A stretch of DNA of 47,463 bases, from NCBI RefSeq assembly GCF_001194135.2, contig NC_068999.1:7806681-7854143 (forward strand). The letters are read 5' to 3'. Within the stretch, counting starts at the first letter, position 1. Every line of letters starts with the position of its first letter. The notes beneath the pieces were generated by a model, which saw only the letters and a program-made list of their open reading frames with translations, did no database searches and was not told the DNA's origin. Position numbers and translations under genes: made by a program. Source of the DNA: Octopus bimaculoides. Taxonomy: Eukaryota. Below are positions 1 through 13,021 of the stretch, piece by piece.

Positions 1-41
<41 letters not shown>

Positions 42-434
42 GTATGTAGGTATGTACGTAATTATACGTGTACAAGGGTTGTACATAAGAGAATGCATAT
101 GTGAGCATTGCTAACTGGTGCAAGTCATTCAAACAGCATATGCCAGAGGAGTAACTCTTCGTTTATACAAAGGTGCCAGTCCACAGTCCTCATCACAAGA
201 GATACATTTTCTCCACCATCACTAAATCCAACTTTCGAATCCTCTTTGAAAAGATTCATATTAGCAATAGTTAAAAAACAAAATTGTAACCGACTGTCAA
301 GGTGTATATTTATCTGTGTTTTTGTTGAAATGAATTTCTTGTTAATCAGATTACAATTAGCAGGACTAATTAACTTTATCTTTGAAGATAAAAGTATTTC
401 AATATTTAAAATTTCATTATGTTTTGATTGTTCG

Positions 435-945
435 ATCACCAATCAGTGTTGAAAAGTTCTGATAAGAGCCAACCGTCAAAGGATCGAATCTCTTGTCATG
501 AAACACAGTCTTAGATGGTCAGGACATGTTGCAAGAATGGAAGGGTTTTTATTATCTCCACATCTAGTCCTATTCTATCGGTCGCTTTTGCCGAAGCGCT
601 AAGTTACGTGGAGGTAAACCCACCTGCATCGCTTGTCAAGCCATGGGACGGGGAACACAGACACACAAACGTATACGTATAGACTTTTACTACTCTCAAC
701 CAATGGCGCACAGATGTCTTTTTATGGTGACTTCACTTGTCATTCCAGATACTGAATGTCCTGTGGCGATACGTGCAAATCTAAACCATTTTGAAGCGCG
801 TAGTAAGTCAGAAATTCAGTATGTCCCCAAATCTGCAACAGGACTGACTAGTCATCTGAAAAGTCATGGATAGAAAGCCAAAAACGCCGGTGACAACGAA
901 GAAGCGCGAGGTGACAACCATCTGTGATGATGGAGTTATATACTC
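435..945 (+). mobile_element. RTE-clade LINE 3' end fossil (RT C-terminus, C2H2-like tail, 3' UTR), interrupted by a SINE
   Basis: 435-543 reads ITNQC*KVLIRANRQRIESLVMKHSLRWSGHVARME, matching the RTE LRWxGHVARM motif. About 760-873 reads NLNHFEAR...KSATGLTSHLKSHG*, resembling the RTE terminal CxS..GL.SH..H motif. A (CA)n tract follows. Confidence 0.75.
548..682 (-). mobile_element. SINE family A, 3' half fragment nested in the RTE fossil
   Basis: CTATTCTATCGGTCGCTTTTGCCGAAGCGCTAAGTTAC...CGCTTGTCAAG is the reverse complement of the family A core seen at 20640-20727. Confidence 0.8.
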
Positions 946-946
946 G

Positions 947-947
947 T

Positions 948-1029
<82 letters not shown>
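947..1029. repeat. (CA)n microsatellite
   Basis: About 41 perfect CA units. Confidence 0.99.
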
Positions 1030-1420
1030 CTTTTAAATTTGTTTATGAGGAACATTTTGAATATGGAAATAAAGGTCTTATTCCAATATGCCAGCCGTAG
1101 TCTAATGATGCTGACTAGTAAACCAGATTTTGGGGGTTGCATCAAGTTTTACCGATATAATGTAGGATAAATATAACTCGGTAAACTTCATACTGGTAAA
1201 AAGGGATAAAAATCCCTCTATTGTACATCCACTAATGTTATATCGCCCGAAGAAATGATGATGCTTACGGATACTACGGATTACACAGTAATAATCCTAG
1301 GAACACGGGCTCTGATCTTAAAGTACGCGTGATTTGTGGAAACGTGCGTAGCGATGTATTAGATGTTTATAAATTTCATCCAAGGATTATTGTCATGATA
1401 TATATATATATATATATATA

Positions 1421-2184
1421 NNNNNNNNNNNNNNNNNNNNNNNNNNNNNNNNNNNNNNNNNNNNNNNNNNNNNNNNNNNNNNNNNNNNNNNNNNNNNNNN
1501 NNNNNNNNNNNNNNNNNNNNNNNNNNNNNNNNNNNNNNNNNNNNNNNNNNNNNNNNNNNNNNNNNNNNNNNNNNNNNNNNNNNNNNNNNNNNNNNNNNNN
1601 NNNNNNNNNNNNNNNNNNNNNNNNNNNNNNNNNNNNNNNNNNNNNNNNNNNNNNNNNNNNNNNNNNNNNNNNNNNNNNNNNNNNNNNNNNNNNNNNNNNN
1701 NNNNNNNNNNNNNNNNNNNNNNNNNNNNNNNNNNNNNNNNNNNNNNNNNNNNNNNNNNNNNNNNNNNNNNNNNNNNNNNNNNNNNNNNNNNNNNNNNNNN
1801 NNNNNNNNNNNNNNNNNNNNNNNNNNNNNNNNNNNNNNNNNNNNNNNNNNNNNNNNNNNNNNNNNNNNNNNNNNNNNNNNNNNNNNNNNNNNNNNNNNNN
1901 NNNNNNNNNNNNNNNNNNNNNNNNNNNNNNNNNNNNNNNNNNNNNNNNNNNNNNNNNNNNNNNNNNNNNNNNNNNNNNNNNNNNNNNNNNNNNNNNNNNN
2001 NNNNNNNNNNNNNNNNNNNNNNNNNNNNNNNNNNNNNNNNNNNNNNNNNNNNNNNNNNNNNNNNNNNNNNNNNNNNNNNNNNNNNNNNNNNNNNNNNNNN
2101 NNNNNNNNNNNNNNNNNNNNNNNNNNNNNNNNNNNNNNNNNNNNNNNNNNNNNNNNNNNNNNNNNNNNNNNNNNNNNNNNNNNN
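1421..2184. other. Assembly gap. Further gaps: 4572-5390, 6283-6361, 9268-9879, 17702-18508, 19304-19454, 21772-22035, 26468-27354, 36699-37463, 38864-39006, 44219-44524, 45552-46305
   Basis: Runs of N, nearly all bordered by (TA)n, (CA)n or (GA)n. Confidence 1.
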
Positions 2185-2337
2185 ATATATATATATATAT
2201 ATATAAAATACACATTAGATGCAGGACATCACCAACGAGCGAAAAGCACGTAAACACACGAGATAAGTACACGACAACAAAATGCCAAACAATACAGAAT
2301 AACAACAAGAGATCAACAACGAGTGAAAAATAGGAGT

Positions 2338-2548
2338 GAAGGACGCCCGTCGTATATATATATAAATATATATATGTAAGTATGTGTGTGTGTGTGTGTG
2401 AGTGTGTGTGCAAAAGAGACCGATAGAATAAGTACTAGTCTTACAAAGAATAAGTCCTGGGGTCGATTTATTCGACTTACGGTGGTGCTCTAGCATGGCC
2501 GCAGTCAAATGACTGAAACAGCCAAAAGAATAAAAGAATAAAAGAATA
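2338..2548 (+). mobile_element. SINE family A, 5'-truncated with internal deletion
   Basis: GCCCGTCG-(TA/TG)n-AAAGAGACCGATAGAATAAGTACT...CTGGGGTCGAT...AGCATGGCCGCAGTCAAATGACTGAAAC followed by a (TAAAAGA)n tail. Confidence 0.9.
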
Positions 2549-2799
2549 CATCATTTGAAGGGATATGATATTTTAAACGAAAACTGCAGCTGAATGTCTG
2601 TCTCGCGACGCAAATTTCGCGCCGATGTTTGACCGCATAATCGCAGCGGCGGGAAACAAGAGTCGAAAGACAAACTTTAATCCTGAGTTTCTATGTATGT
2701 GTGTGTTGGGCATCGGTTAGTTAGGAAACATCATTAATTTAAGGCCATAATTATTGTTTAGTTTTGTCACACTTAACAAATATGTCTTTCACCATTTCT

Positions 2800-3238
2800 T
2801 TTAAATAGTTCATTATATTTTGGTAGTAGATCGTAGTTTAGATGTAACATTTATCAAGGAATAAAATTTCCGAACCGCTGCAAGGGTACATATCCACATT
2901 AACATTTTCAAATTCCAACCACATTTCGTCCCACACATATATATCTCGATAGCTCTTTGACCAATCTTTGGATTTAGCCCAGCCAAAGACTTTATTCCAT
3001 ATTCACAAATTCCATTGCATTTCACTTGCCCTTTCTTATCAATCCTTGACCTTATAAAAGCTCTTATTACGAACCCACGTCAAACTCTCTTAAGTCACTT
3101 CTATTTAAATTTCAAATGCCAAATGCACATTCTGTGAAATGTATATAATACGAAGTTTGTGAGTTACTTGGAAATGCCTTTAATTGTTTATGTTATGATT
3201 TTATTTACTCCATCTACCCAGGCCTTGTGGACACCCTG
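2800..3238 (-). mobile_element. Possible decayed Tc1-like element; TIR at 3223-3238
   Basis: The minus strand starts TA|CAGGGTGTCCACAAGG, a Tc1/mariner-type TIR. The weak peptide FGWAKSKDWSKSYRDIYVWDE resembles the Tc1 W..V.WSDE region. Confidence 0.4.
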
Positions 3239-3265
3239 TATATATATTATATATATATATATATA

Positions 3266-3478
3266 CACAAAGGGTGTTCAAGAAGTCTCTCCATTTAATG
3301 TTTTCGGGCGATTTCTTGTTCGCTGATCCTTCACTTGCTCCCCACCGAAAAAATTCTGGGTGTGTTAAATCAGGTGATCTTATTGACCAAAGTCCCTTTG
3401 AAATAATCCGATCACCGAAGTAGCGCCTTAGCGATGCGCAGGTGGAAGAAAAATCACTGCTGAGAAACATTTTGAAAA

Positions 3479-3480
<2 letters not shown>
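3266..3480 (-). mobile_element. Tc1/mariner superfamily (maT/rosa-like) transposase C-terminal fragment with 3' TIR
   Basis: Minus-strand SLRRYFGDRIISKGLWSIRSPDLTHPEFFRWG matches the WPPRSPDLTPxDFFLWG motif. TIR-like AGGGTGTTCAAGAAGTCTCTCC sits next to (TA)n. Confidence 0.8.
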
Positions 3481-3516
<36 letters not shown>

Positions 3517-4027
3517 ACGTTTACAAACATACATAAATGCATACGTACGTACATATATACATGCACATATACATTCATACAAATATCCATACATATACAC
3601 ATCCAGAAGCACATATGGGATAATTATTTCTAACATATAACGATATTTCTACGGATAATATTTAGCATCGCGGCAAATATTCACACAAGCGCGCACACAA
3701 ATACACACACACGCATGCGTACGCGCACACTCGCGCACATATAAATATATGTAGACATACATTCTATATATTTGTGTGAGAGTGTGCGTGAGTGTGTGTC
3801 CGTGTGTGAGAGAGTGTGTATGCGTGTGTAACTGAACGAAATGTGTGATAGAATTTTAATCCCAAATTAGCACTCTCAAAAGTCTAACTTTGAGAAATAA
3901 CAGTACATTAAATCATACACACACATAATTTGCGCTGGCACTCACACACATACGCATATACACATACATAAGCCACACAGGCGCACAGAGAAAATAAACA
4001 CCAATCCATATATATGTGTGTGTGTGC

Positions 4028-4082
<55 letters not shown>

Positions 4083-4507
4083 TAGATAGATAGAGAGAGA
4101 TAGAGAGAGATAGAGGAGAGAGAGACAAAAACAGATAGAGACAAAGACACAGAGAGACAGAGATAGCCACACATGTTGACGTACGCTCTTGTAATTCTGT
4201 ATTCGCAGTTCGTATCCGTTCCCTCATCACGTCTTAATTTAAATAGAAATTCTGCTGACATTTTCTTTAAAAGATATACCTTAAATTATTCCGAGTAAAA
4301 GCAATAAATATTTCACACATATACATATGAACAACACAAAAATCGTGCAATTAGATTCCATGCTTAGAATAAATATAAAGACAAAATAATATCAAATAAT
4401 ATATTTGATAAATGATATAATAGAGTCAGACATGCTATAATATCATTTTATGAAGATTAGAAAGCGATAATATATGTCAAAGTATCATTAAAATATCCTT
4501 TAACTCC

Positions 4508-4549
<42 letters not shown>

Positions 4550-5390
4550 ATGTGTATGTATGTATATGTATNNNNNNNNNNNNNNNNNNNNNNNNNNNNN
4601 NNNNNNNNNNNNNNNNNNNNNNNNNNNNNNNNNNNNNNNNNNNNNNNNNNNNNNNNNNNNNNNNNNNNNNNNNNNNNNNNNNNNNNNNNNNNNNNNNNNN
4701 NNNNNNNNNNNNNNNNNNNNNNNNNNNNNNNNNNNNNNNNNNNNNNNNNNNNNNNNNNNNNNNNNNNNNNNNNNNNNNNNNNNNNNNNNNNNNNNNNNNN
4801 NNNNNNNNNNNNNNNNNNNNNNNNNNNNNNNNNNNNNNNNNNNNNNNNNNNNNNNNNNNNNNNNNNNNNNNNNNNNNNNNNNNNNNNNNNNNNNNNNNNN
4901 NNNNNNNNNNNNNNNNNNNNNNNNNNNNNNNNNNNNNNNNNNNNNNNNNNNNNNNNNNNNNNNNNNNNNNNNNNNNNNNNNNNNNNNNNNNNNNNNNNNN
5001 NNNNNNNNNNNNNNNNNNNNNNNNNNNNNNNNNNNNNNNNNNNNNNNNNNNNNNNNNNNNNNNNNNNNNNNNNNNNNNNNNNNNNNNNNNNNNNNNNNNN
5101 NNNNNNNNNNNNNNNNNNNNNNNNNNNNNNNNNNNNNNNNNNNNNNNNNNNNNNNNNNNNNNNNNNNNNNNNNNNNNNNNNNNNNNNNNNNNNNNNNNNN
5201 NNNNNNNNNNNNNNNNNNNNNNNNNNNNNNNNNNNNNNNNNNNNNNNNNNNNNNNNNNNNNNNNNNNNNNNNNNNNNNNNNNNNNNNNNNNNNNNNNNNN
5301 NNNNNNNNNNNNNNNNNNNNNNNNNNNNNNNNNNNNNNNNNNNNNNNNNNNNNNNNNNNNNNNNNNNNNNNNNNNNNNNNNNNNNNNNNN

Positions 5391-5429
<39 letters not shown>

Positions 5430-5489
5430 TCAGTCTGCGAGAGGCTGGGGTTAGAAATTGCGAAAATGACAGGTCGTTGGAAGAGAAAG

Positions 5490-5645
5490 CGTGTGCGTGT
5501 CTTTGTGATGGCGTTTCCCAGCGTTTGACAAGCGGTCTTGGTTATTTTTACGCTTCCGTAATCTAACGGTTTGGTCTATAAAATAGACATCAAACTTCAA
5601 AAGATTATAAGAACAAATTAGCACGCCGAATTCTTGATCCAATAT
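5490..5645 (+). mobile_element. SINE family A 3' half, highly diverged
   Basis: GCGTTTGACAAGCGGTCTTGGTTATTTTTACG...CGTAATCTAACGGTTTGG aligns to the family A core. Confidence 0.6.
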
Positions 5646-6463
5646 GGGTCTTGTCCGAAGAACACAACATTTAAAAGAACAGATTAATGAAAGAATGAAA
5701 GAAACAAATTTCAATGAATGCATATGGCGATTAAAGTAGAGGAAAATTTCTTTTTCACTTTACGCCTCACTCTGATACCTCTCTATCTTCACGCGTTGAG
5801 TAATCAAAATATATTCCATTTAAAATAAATAGGACATGGATCTCATTATGAACAAAAACTTCTATGAGCGTAAGGAATATCGTTCATAATGTTATCAGGC
5901 TACGAGATAAATAAGAGCAACTATAAATATAGGTGAATTGCAGTTTACGGTGCATGTAAAACGGATATTATCATCAGAAAAACGGTAGCTCAGAAGAAAG
6001 GAGAGAAATAAGATATACAATAGAACTTTCGTATAGGAATGAGATAAAAGTAAAGACTTTTATATATAGGGAAGCCGATATCTTTATATCGTTATACCTA
6101 TGAATATCGAGATATACAAGCTTACATTACTATGCATGCATGTTTATACGATTATAAATATATACATATATATATACATATATATATAGACACACAAGCA
6201 CATATATATATACATATATAGATGTATATATATATACATATATATTTATATATGTATACATATATATGTATATATATATATANNNNNNNNNNNNNNNNNN
6301 NNNNNNNNNNNNNNNNNNNNNNNNNNNNNNNNNNNNNNNNNNNNNNNNNNNNNNNNNNNNNACATATATATATACATACACACACACATTTCTCCCTCAA
6401 TTACTTTCTCTCCATTTTATTAACAGCAATCTACGTGCCACTCTATCTATCTCACTCTCTCAC

Positions 6464-6495
<32 letters not shown>

Positions 6496-6968
6496 GTACA
6501 CACATCCACATATTCACACATATTCTGTATTGTGATCCAATCACCCCTACCATCACTATTCATCGTTTCCTTTCAACATCTTATTAATCCTCCTTTTTTG
6601 CTATCTCCCCTCTGTAGTAAATTTTATCAATGATATCGGTCTTCCATACATTGTATATATAAAGAAAGGTTTCATATATATTGAGCAGAGTGGAAAATTT
6701 GATGTAACCATGATTTTCTCTTGATCCGAAGAGCGGGCTTTCTATATCCGCATTGATTTGTAAATGCACAATCGTACTGTGCAATATATGATATGCATAT
6801 CGGTGCAGACACGCACCAATAAAAAAGTGATTTATTATACACAAAAATTATTATTACACGATGAACGCTGCAAAACGGCCGTCATCCTACGGATACCAAT
6901 TGGTGAAATAAATACATTCGCTTCTTGTGCTTCCTCACTATTTATAAACTACACACACACACACACAC

Positions 6969-7011
<43 letters not shown>

Positions 7012-7140
7012 TGTGTATGAGACAAGCTATGAATAATGGTCATTACATATTTTCCCCTTATCTCTTAGCCTAATGTGCAAACAGAGAGGTTAGAAATGTT
7101 TTGCCCAGATTGATAATCCCTTATCAATCAGCAACTCTGC

Positions 7141-7250
7141 TATCTACCTACCTACCTATCTACCTACCTACCTACCTACATACATACATACATACATACA
7201 TGCATGCATACACACACACACACGCACACACATACACATATATATACATA
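7141..7250. repeat. Compound (CTAC)n(ATAC)n(CA)n microsatellite
   Basis: Direct reading. Confidence 0.95.
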
Positions 7251-8000
7251 TACGTAAATGTCAAACGATGAAAATATGTGATCAAAACCGGATTGGTGGC
7301 TATAATTTTTTTATTTGTAAATTAAGGCTACCTTTAGTTTCATGTTAAGAAAATCAGGAAAAATATCCTAATGCATGTATATATGTATATATGCTCTATG
7401 ACTTCATACTGATAACAATAAGAACACGCGCCCGCACATGAATACACAACCTCTCACACACACACCTACTTCCATATTCATATGCAATGAATGTATTCAT
7501 ATTCATAGAGACATGCTTCTGCCGTAACGGTAGTAACACAATCTATTTAATATCTATATCTACATGAACTGCGATAAGACGATATCGGCTATCTTATACG
7601 ATGCATTCTCCTTTTGATGTCTTATAATCTGAAGCATAATTAAGCACAGCTCTGAGCATATTTATCTGTCTAATCACGAGAGTATAGTTCTTATATTTAT
7701 TATCAAAAGCAGAATGAAAGCGAGGCTAAATATTCGATAATATCTACGCATTAAAACTTCTTTATTTCTAAACATATCGTTTCTATAGCCTTGATTTGGC
7801 TGATTTCTTCTGAATTGCATTTAGTTTGGTATGTGGAATATCACAGAGTTCGTTTCTGCTTGAAGAGAATGAAAACATTATTGTGTAAAAGAAAAGATGA
7901 TTTGATATTTCTACTTTATCCGTAGCCAATTTCAATTTTGTTTTTGTTTAAATTATTTGACTCATTTTGCAAATTCATATTACGCAGCGTAGTATATGCA

Positions 8001-8111
<111 letters not shown>

Positions 8112-8313
8112 GAAAAAAATAATAAGGTACTCAGAGATCTGGATGGTTGTACATTTACAGATTTTTATTAATATGTCACATATTTTTATAAATTAGCTCT
8201 TGTATCTATTCTTGTAGATTCTCCAGATTATATAGATATAGATATATGAATATATATATATATAAATATGTATATCTATATATTATATATACATATACAT
8301 ATGTATAAATATA

Positions 8314-8362
<49 letters not shown>

Positions 8363-8419
8363 AAGTGTATATGTGTGTATATGTGTGTGTGTATACACAT
8401 ATAGATGCTTCATAGATGC

Positions 8420-8494
<75 letters not shown>

Positions 8495-10347
8495 ATATAT
8501 ATATATATATATTTGTTGCTTACTGGATGTGCACTTATGGTAGTAAGAGAGAGAGAGAGAAAGTGGTAGGAATGAAGAATATATGTACTTCAGCGGAGAG
8601 AATCACTTTATACTTTTTTTCTCAAGTTTTTAAGTTGGAAAGTTTTGATATTTTTCCTCTCGGTGGAAAGAAAGGTAAGAGAGGGCCATCCATGTTTTAT
8701 CATACAAGATCCTTTATTATTACCAGAATATCTGTGTAGGACCCTATTTTGGTTTTATTAAGCTTGATCAGCACAAATGAATTCTAGATATTAATTCAAG
8801 ATATTACAATATCCATTTTTATATCTTATATCCTTTAAATAATCGTTCTAAAGTGATTACAGAGTTGAAATTAATCGCTTTTCTCATTATTCTGTTCTTT
8901 CTTATCAACGGAACAAGTGAGAGAATTTTTTTTTCTGGCGTAGTCCTTTATGTTTCCCTCCGAGTATTCTTCTCCCGTGTAGTCGCCTTGTTTTAGGGCT
9001 TTCTGTGCACCTACATGTATGTTTGTGCTACAGGCTAACACAATCCCTGTCTTTGTGTTTGTCGGGTGCATATTCTAAGTTTGCTGGCTCTTCTTTCCTT
9101 TCACTTCATATTTCAAGATGAATTAGTAGTACCTTTCTATATTTCATTTTGCCTCGGCTCTCAAGCCAACTCTTTCGGTGGATAGGACCTAAGGTTCAGC
9201 CATCATTTTGAATCCATGCTTTTGTTGCTTGCTAGATGTGCTATTATGGAATATGTACCTTTATATANNNNNNNNNNNNNNNNNNNNNNNNNNNNNNNNN
9301 NNNNNNNNNNNNNNNNNNNNNNNNNNNNNNNNNNNNNNNNNNNNNNNNNNNNNNNNNNNNNNNNNNNNNNNNNNNNNNNNNNNNNNNNNNNNNNNNNNNN
9401 NNNNNNNNNNNNNNNNNNNNNNNNNNNNNNNNNNNNNNNNNNNNNNNNNNNNNNNNNNNNNNNNNNNNNNNNNNNNNNNNNNNNNNNNNNNNNNNNNNNN
9501 NNNNNNNNNNNNNNNNNNNNNNNNNNNNNNNNNNNNNNNNNNNNNNNNNNNNNNNNNNNNNNNNNNNNNNNNNNNNNNNNNNNNNNNNNNNNNNNNNNNN
9601 NNNNNNNNNNNNNNNNNNNNNNNNNNNNNNNNNNNNNNNNNNNNNNNNNNNNNNNNNNNNNNNNNNNNNNNNNNNNNNNNNNNNNNNNNNNNNNNNNNNN
9701 NNNNNNNNNNNNNNNNNNNNNNNNNNNNNNNNNNNNNNNNNNNNNNNNNNNNNNNNNNNNNNNNNNNNNNNNNNNNNNNNNNNNNNNNNNNNNNNNNNNN
9801 NNNNNNNNNNNNNNNNNNNNNNNNNNNNNNNNNNNNNNNNNNNNNNNNNNNNNNNNNNNNNNNNNNNNNNNNNNNNNNNTATATATATATATATATATAT
9901 ATATATCTTTAAGCCTCGGACCGTTGCCAATGCACCATTCAAAGCCATATTTATGTATGTCAATCTACGTACACAGTAACTTCATGTATACAACGCTCTA
10001 CACGCCTCAGTCATAATACAAATATACTAATGAATAATATTTTCCAGTACAACCACAGAGTCAGCTTTTATAACCCCGAGATTAATAGATTATATGTCAG
10101 GTAAAATTCAATACACTATTGGCTAATTGACTTATGCAAATTAATATCTGGCTCTACCACTGCTATAGTTTATGCAGCCTTAGCTATTATGGTTAATTAT
10201 ATACCTTCGCTATCCTTTAGTCAACATCATCATGGTTATTATTATTCCCAGCATGATCATTGTTACATCCGTCATCATCATCACCATTATCAAGACCAAA
10301 AGCAACAACTGCTGTTCAGCAGAGATATAATCATACATATTCTTTTC

Positions 10348-10503
10348 AAGGCTGGCAGAAACGTTAGCACACCGAACGAAATGCTTAGCGGTATTTCGTC
10401 TGCCGCTACGCTCTGAGTTCAAATTCCGCTGAGGTCGACTTAGCCTTTCATCCTTTTGGAGTCGACTAAATAAGTACCAGTTACGCACTGGGGTCGATGT
10501 AAT
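10348..10503 (+). mobile_element. SINE family B (tRNA head plus Meta-like core), 3'-truncated
   Basis: A-box-like GCTGGCAGAA, B-box GAGTTCAAATTCC, and core GTCGACTTAGCCTTTCATCCTTTTGGAGTCG...TAAGTACCAG. Confidence 0.9.
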
Positions 10504-10506
10504 ATA

Positions 10507-10555
<49 letters not shown>

Positions 10556-11589
10556 GCACACATATACATATATACTTACAGGCACGCCTCCACACACATG
10601 CATGCGCATACACACATATACCTACATATATATATATATATGTGTGCGTGTGTGTCTTCCATGTGAAAGTATAATTCCAAAAGGTTTAACGTACATAACT
10701 ATTGATTTATGTATACCGAAGTAAATAAGTATTGCAAATATCTAAATATATTTTCTTCATTGGTCATTCGGATAAAAGAATATATATATATATATAATAA
10801 GCATACATATTGCAGTGGTTTATATTAATAATTCATACATTCATAAGAATTATCTTTACCCTACGAATAATCCGATCCCACCCTCACCGTAAGCATAAAT
10901 TCATGAAATAATAAAGTCTTATATGTAAGAAATATATATATATAAATGAAGTCCTATCTTCGATAATATGTAGCAAATATTCGTTTTCTATAATTTGCAT
11001 TAAATACTCATCTATAATTTTTAAAGCTATAGAATGTGGAGAATATTGATCTAATCATGAATTGTGACTCTTTTTTAGATATATATAATGGAGTGGAGGG
11101 CAAGGTTTTAAATACGGCGGTGGATTTAAAAGCAGATCGAGAAGGACTGTATTAACGAAATATTCGTTTCTTGCATAAACGTTTCATATTTTAAAGGCAT
11201 GGATAACATACATACACACAGAGGACGCACATAAATGTGTGTGTGTTTGTGTGTTTGTGTGTGTGTGTGTGTCTCTGCCTATACATATATGTCTATGTAT
11301 AATTATATATAGAAAAACATTTAGAATGAAGACGCATTACCAACTATTTATTCAGCTTACACGTGTTTCGAATAGCCTGCTACAGCCCAAATGCTGCACA
11401 TTACAAAAATGCATTGGATTGACTAAAATGCCACAGAAAAAAAGAGGAATTATGTGCTATGCTATTCTTTTCAAAGCCAGTATGGTTCTGCTAAATTTCA
11501 ATATGAAGAGGGATTATGACGAAGTTTTTGTAAATATACGTGTTTATGTATGTAGATATATAGATATATAGACAGAGAACCAGAGGTAG

Positions 11590-11599
11590 ATAGACAGAC

Positions 11600-11648
<49 letters not shown>

Positions 11649-11675
11649 CGTACATACATACATACATACATACAT
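11590..11675. repeat. (GATA)n(CATA)n microsatellite
   Basis: Direct reading. Confidence 0.97.
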
Positions 11676-12263
11676 CAAAAGTTGATGGGTTAAAAGAATC
11701 ACTTGGCTATATTGAGATTGAGCAGTTAAAAGTATATGTATGAAACTTAGAGATGAAAACGGTAAACAAGTTAAAACACAACTGGACGGCTATTCCGATT
11801 ATTGTGAGGAACAAGAAAAATCTCTCCTTTCTGGAAATCAGTAGTCCTCTTTACACCAATGTCATCAGGAAAATATAGGACAAGAACATCTACAGACCTT
11901 TGATAAGGAGTTTGCAAATCCAGTAACTAATATAGACGTTGAGTTTCGAATTTATTACTATTGGAGCAACAAAAGAGTTCTTGGAAAGTGAATTCAATTC
12001 CTTGGGTTTTTAAATAAATAAATATAACTACGTTCTTTCCTTGCCAACTTTGCCACCAAGCAGAGAGCCGATCGAAACTGTCTCTAAATCAAAACAGAAA
12101 ACGAATGCATACAAATCTACATAATATATTCTTGTATAAGATGGAAATTATCTTTATTGTGTTTATTGCTAAAAATTATTATTTATTTATTCTTATTTTA
12201 ATGAGAGTCAAAATTTCATACGATTCGAACGCAGAATATTGATACTAAGACTGAAAATAATTG

Positions 12264-12476
12264 TCTTATTTTGGCAGAACGCCGGCAGTTTTGAGTGGAA
12301 GATGCTACTCGTGTACATCAATCAAGTGCTTGGCTAGTATTTTATTTTATCGATACCACAATGATGGTGAGTTAAGTTGACCTTGTTGGAATTTGAGCTC
12401 AGTAGGCAACGAGCCAAAGAAATACCGTTAAACAATTTGTTCGACGCGGTAACGCTTCATGAAGCACACCAGCTTA
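12264..12476 (-). mobile_element. SINE family B, old diverged copy
   Basis: TTTTATCGATACC...GTTGACCTTGTTGGAATTTGAGCTCAG...AAATACCG aligns to the reverse complement of family B. Confidence 0.7.
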
Positions 12477-12554
12477 GGTGATTCTAATTAATAATTGTAA
12501 TCAATAATTTTGAGGTTACTGTAGTAGTCGAAAACATCAACCATAGTTTTTATA

Positions 12555-12696
12555 GATATTTTATTTTATTCACCCCTAAAGGATGACATGTAAAGTTAAC
12601 TTCGGCGGGATTTGATCTCAGAGCGTAAGGATTCGTAGCAAATCTTGCAAAGCATTTCGGCCCACACTCAACTGATTCTGCCAATGCACTGCATCT
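12555..12696 (-). mobile_element. SINE family B, partial old copy
   Basis: AAAGGATGAC...AAAGTTAACTTCGGCGGGATTTGATCTCAGAGCGTAA...GATTCTGCCA. Confidence 0.75.
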
Positions 12697-12712
12697 GTCT
12701 AATAAGATTAGC

Positions 12713-12926
12713 TTCTAATTTAGGGACAACGCCAGCAGTTTGACGGGGGAAATCTTGGTTGTCGTCATTCACCCCAGGATTTGACTAGCCATTTATTTTA
12801 TCGACGCTTAATGGATGAAAGGTGAAGCTAACCTCCTCGAGATTTGAACACAACACATAAATAATCAGAAGAAATACTGTATAGCGTTTCAGCCTACGCT
12901 CTAACAATTCTTCTAAATTGCTGCCT
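12713..12926 (-). mobile_element. SINE family B, old diverged copy
   Basis: TTTAGGGACAACGCCAGCAG...TTTTATCGAC...GGATGAAAGG...GATTTGAACAC. Confidence 0.7.
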
Positions 12927-13021
12927 GAGACCGATTAATTATAATGATTGATTTTGTGGTGAACTACGACTACACTACCAAATTCTTTATAATATCGATT
13001 TTTTTCTTCTGCATATGAAAC

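Noticed and set aside
108-452. 114-aa plus ORF and 105-aa minus ORF
   Set aside because: No recognisable domain. Only the last few codons belong to the RTE fossil, and overlapping ORFs of this size occur by chance.
1329-2413. Long ORFs of 240-395 aa in the ORF track (also at 4.5, 9.2, 17.6, 26.4, 36.6 and 45.4 kb)
   Set aside because: They consist of N-gap codons and microsatellite translations (YIYI, HTHT, CVCV, ERER), so they are artefacts.
10134-10141. Octamer ATGCAAAT sites (also near 15217 and 45136)
   Set aside because: A few occurrences are expected by chance at this base composition, and there is no supporting snRNA or histone promoter context.
11676-12010. Coding-looking fragments (LRDENGKQVKTQLDGYSDYCEEQ), possibly a decayed Polinton or other TE
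   Set aside because: Short, frame-broken and with no diagnostic motif; cannot be supported without a search.
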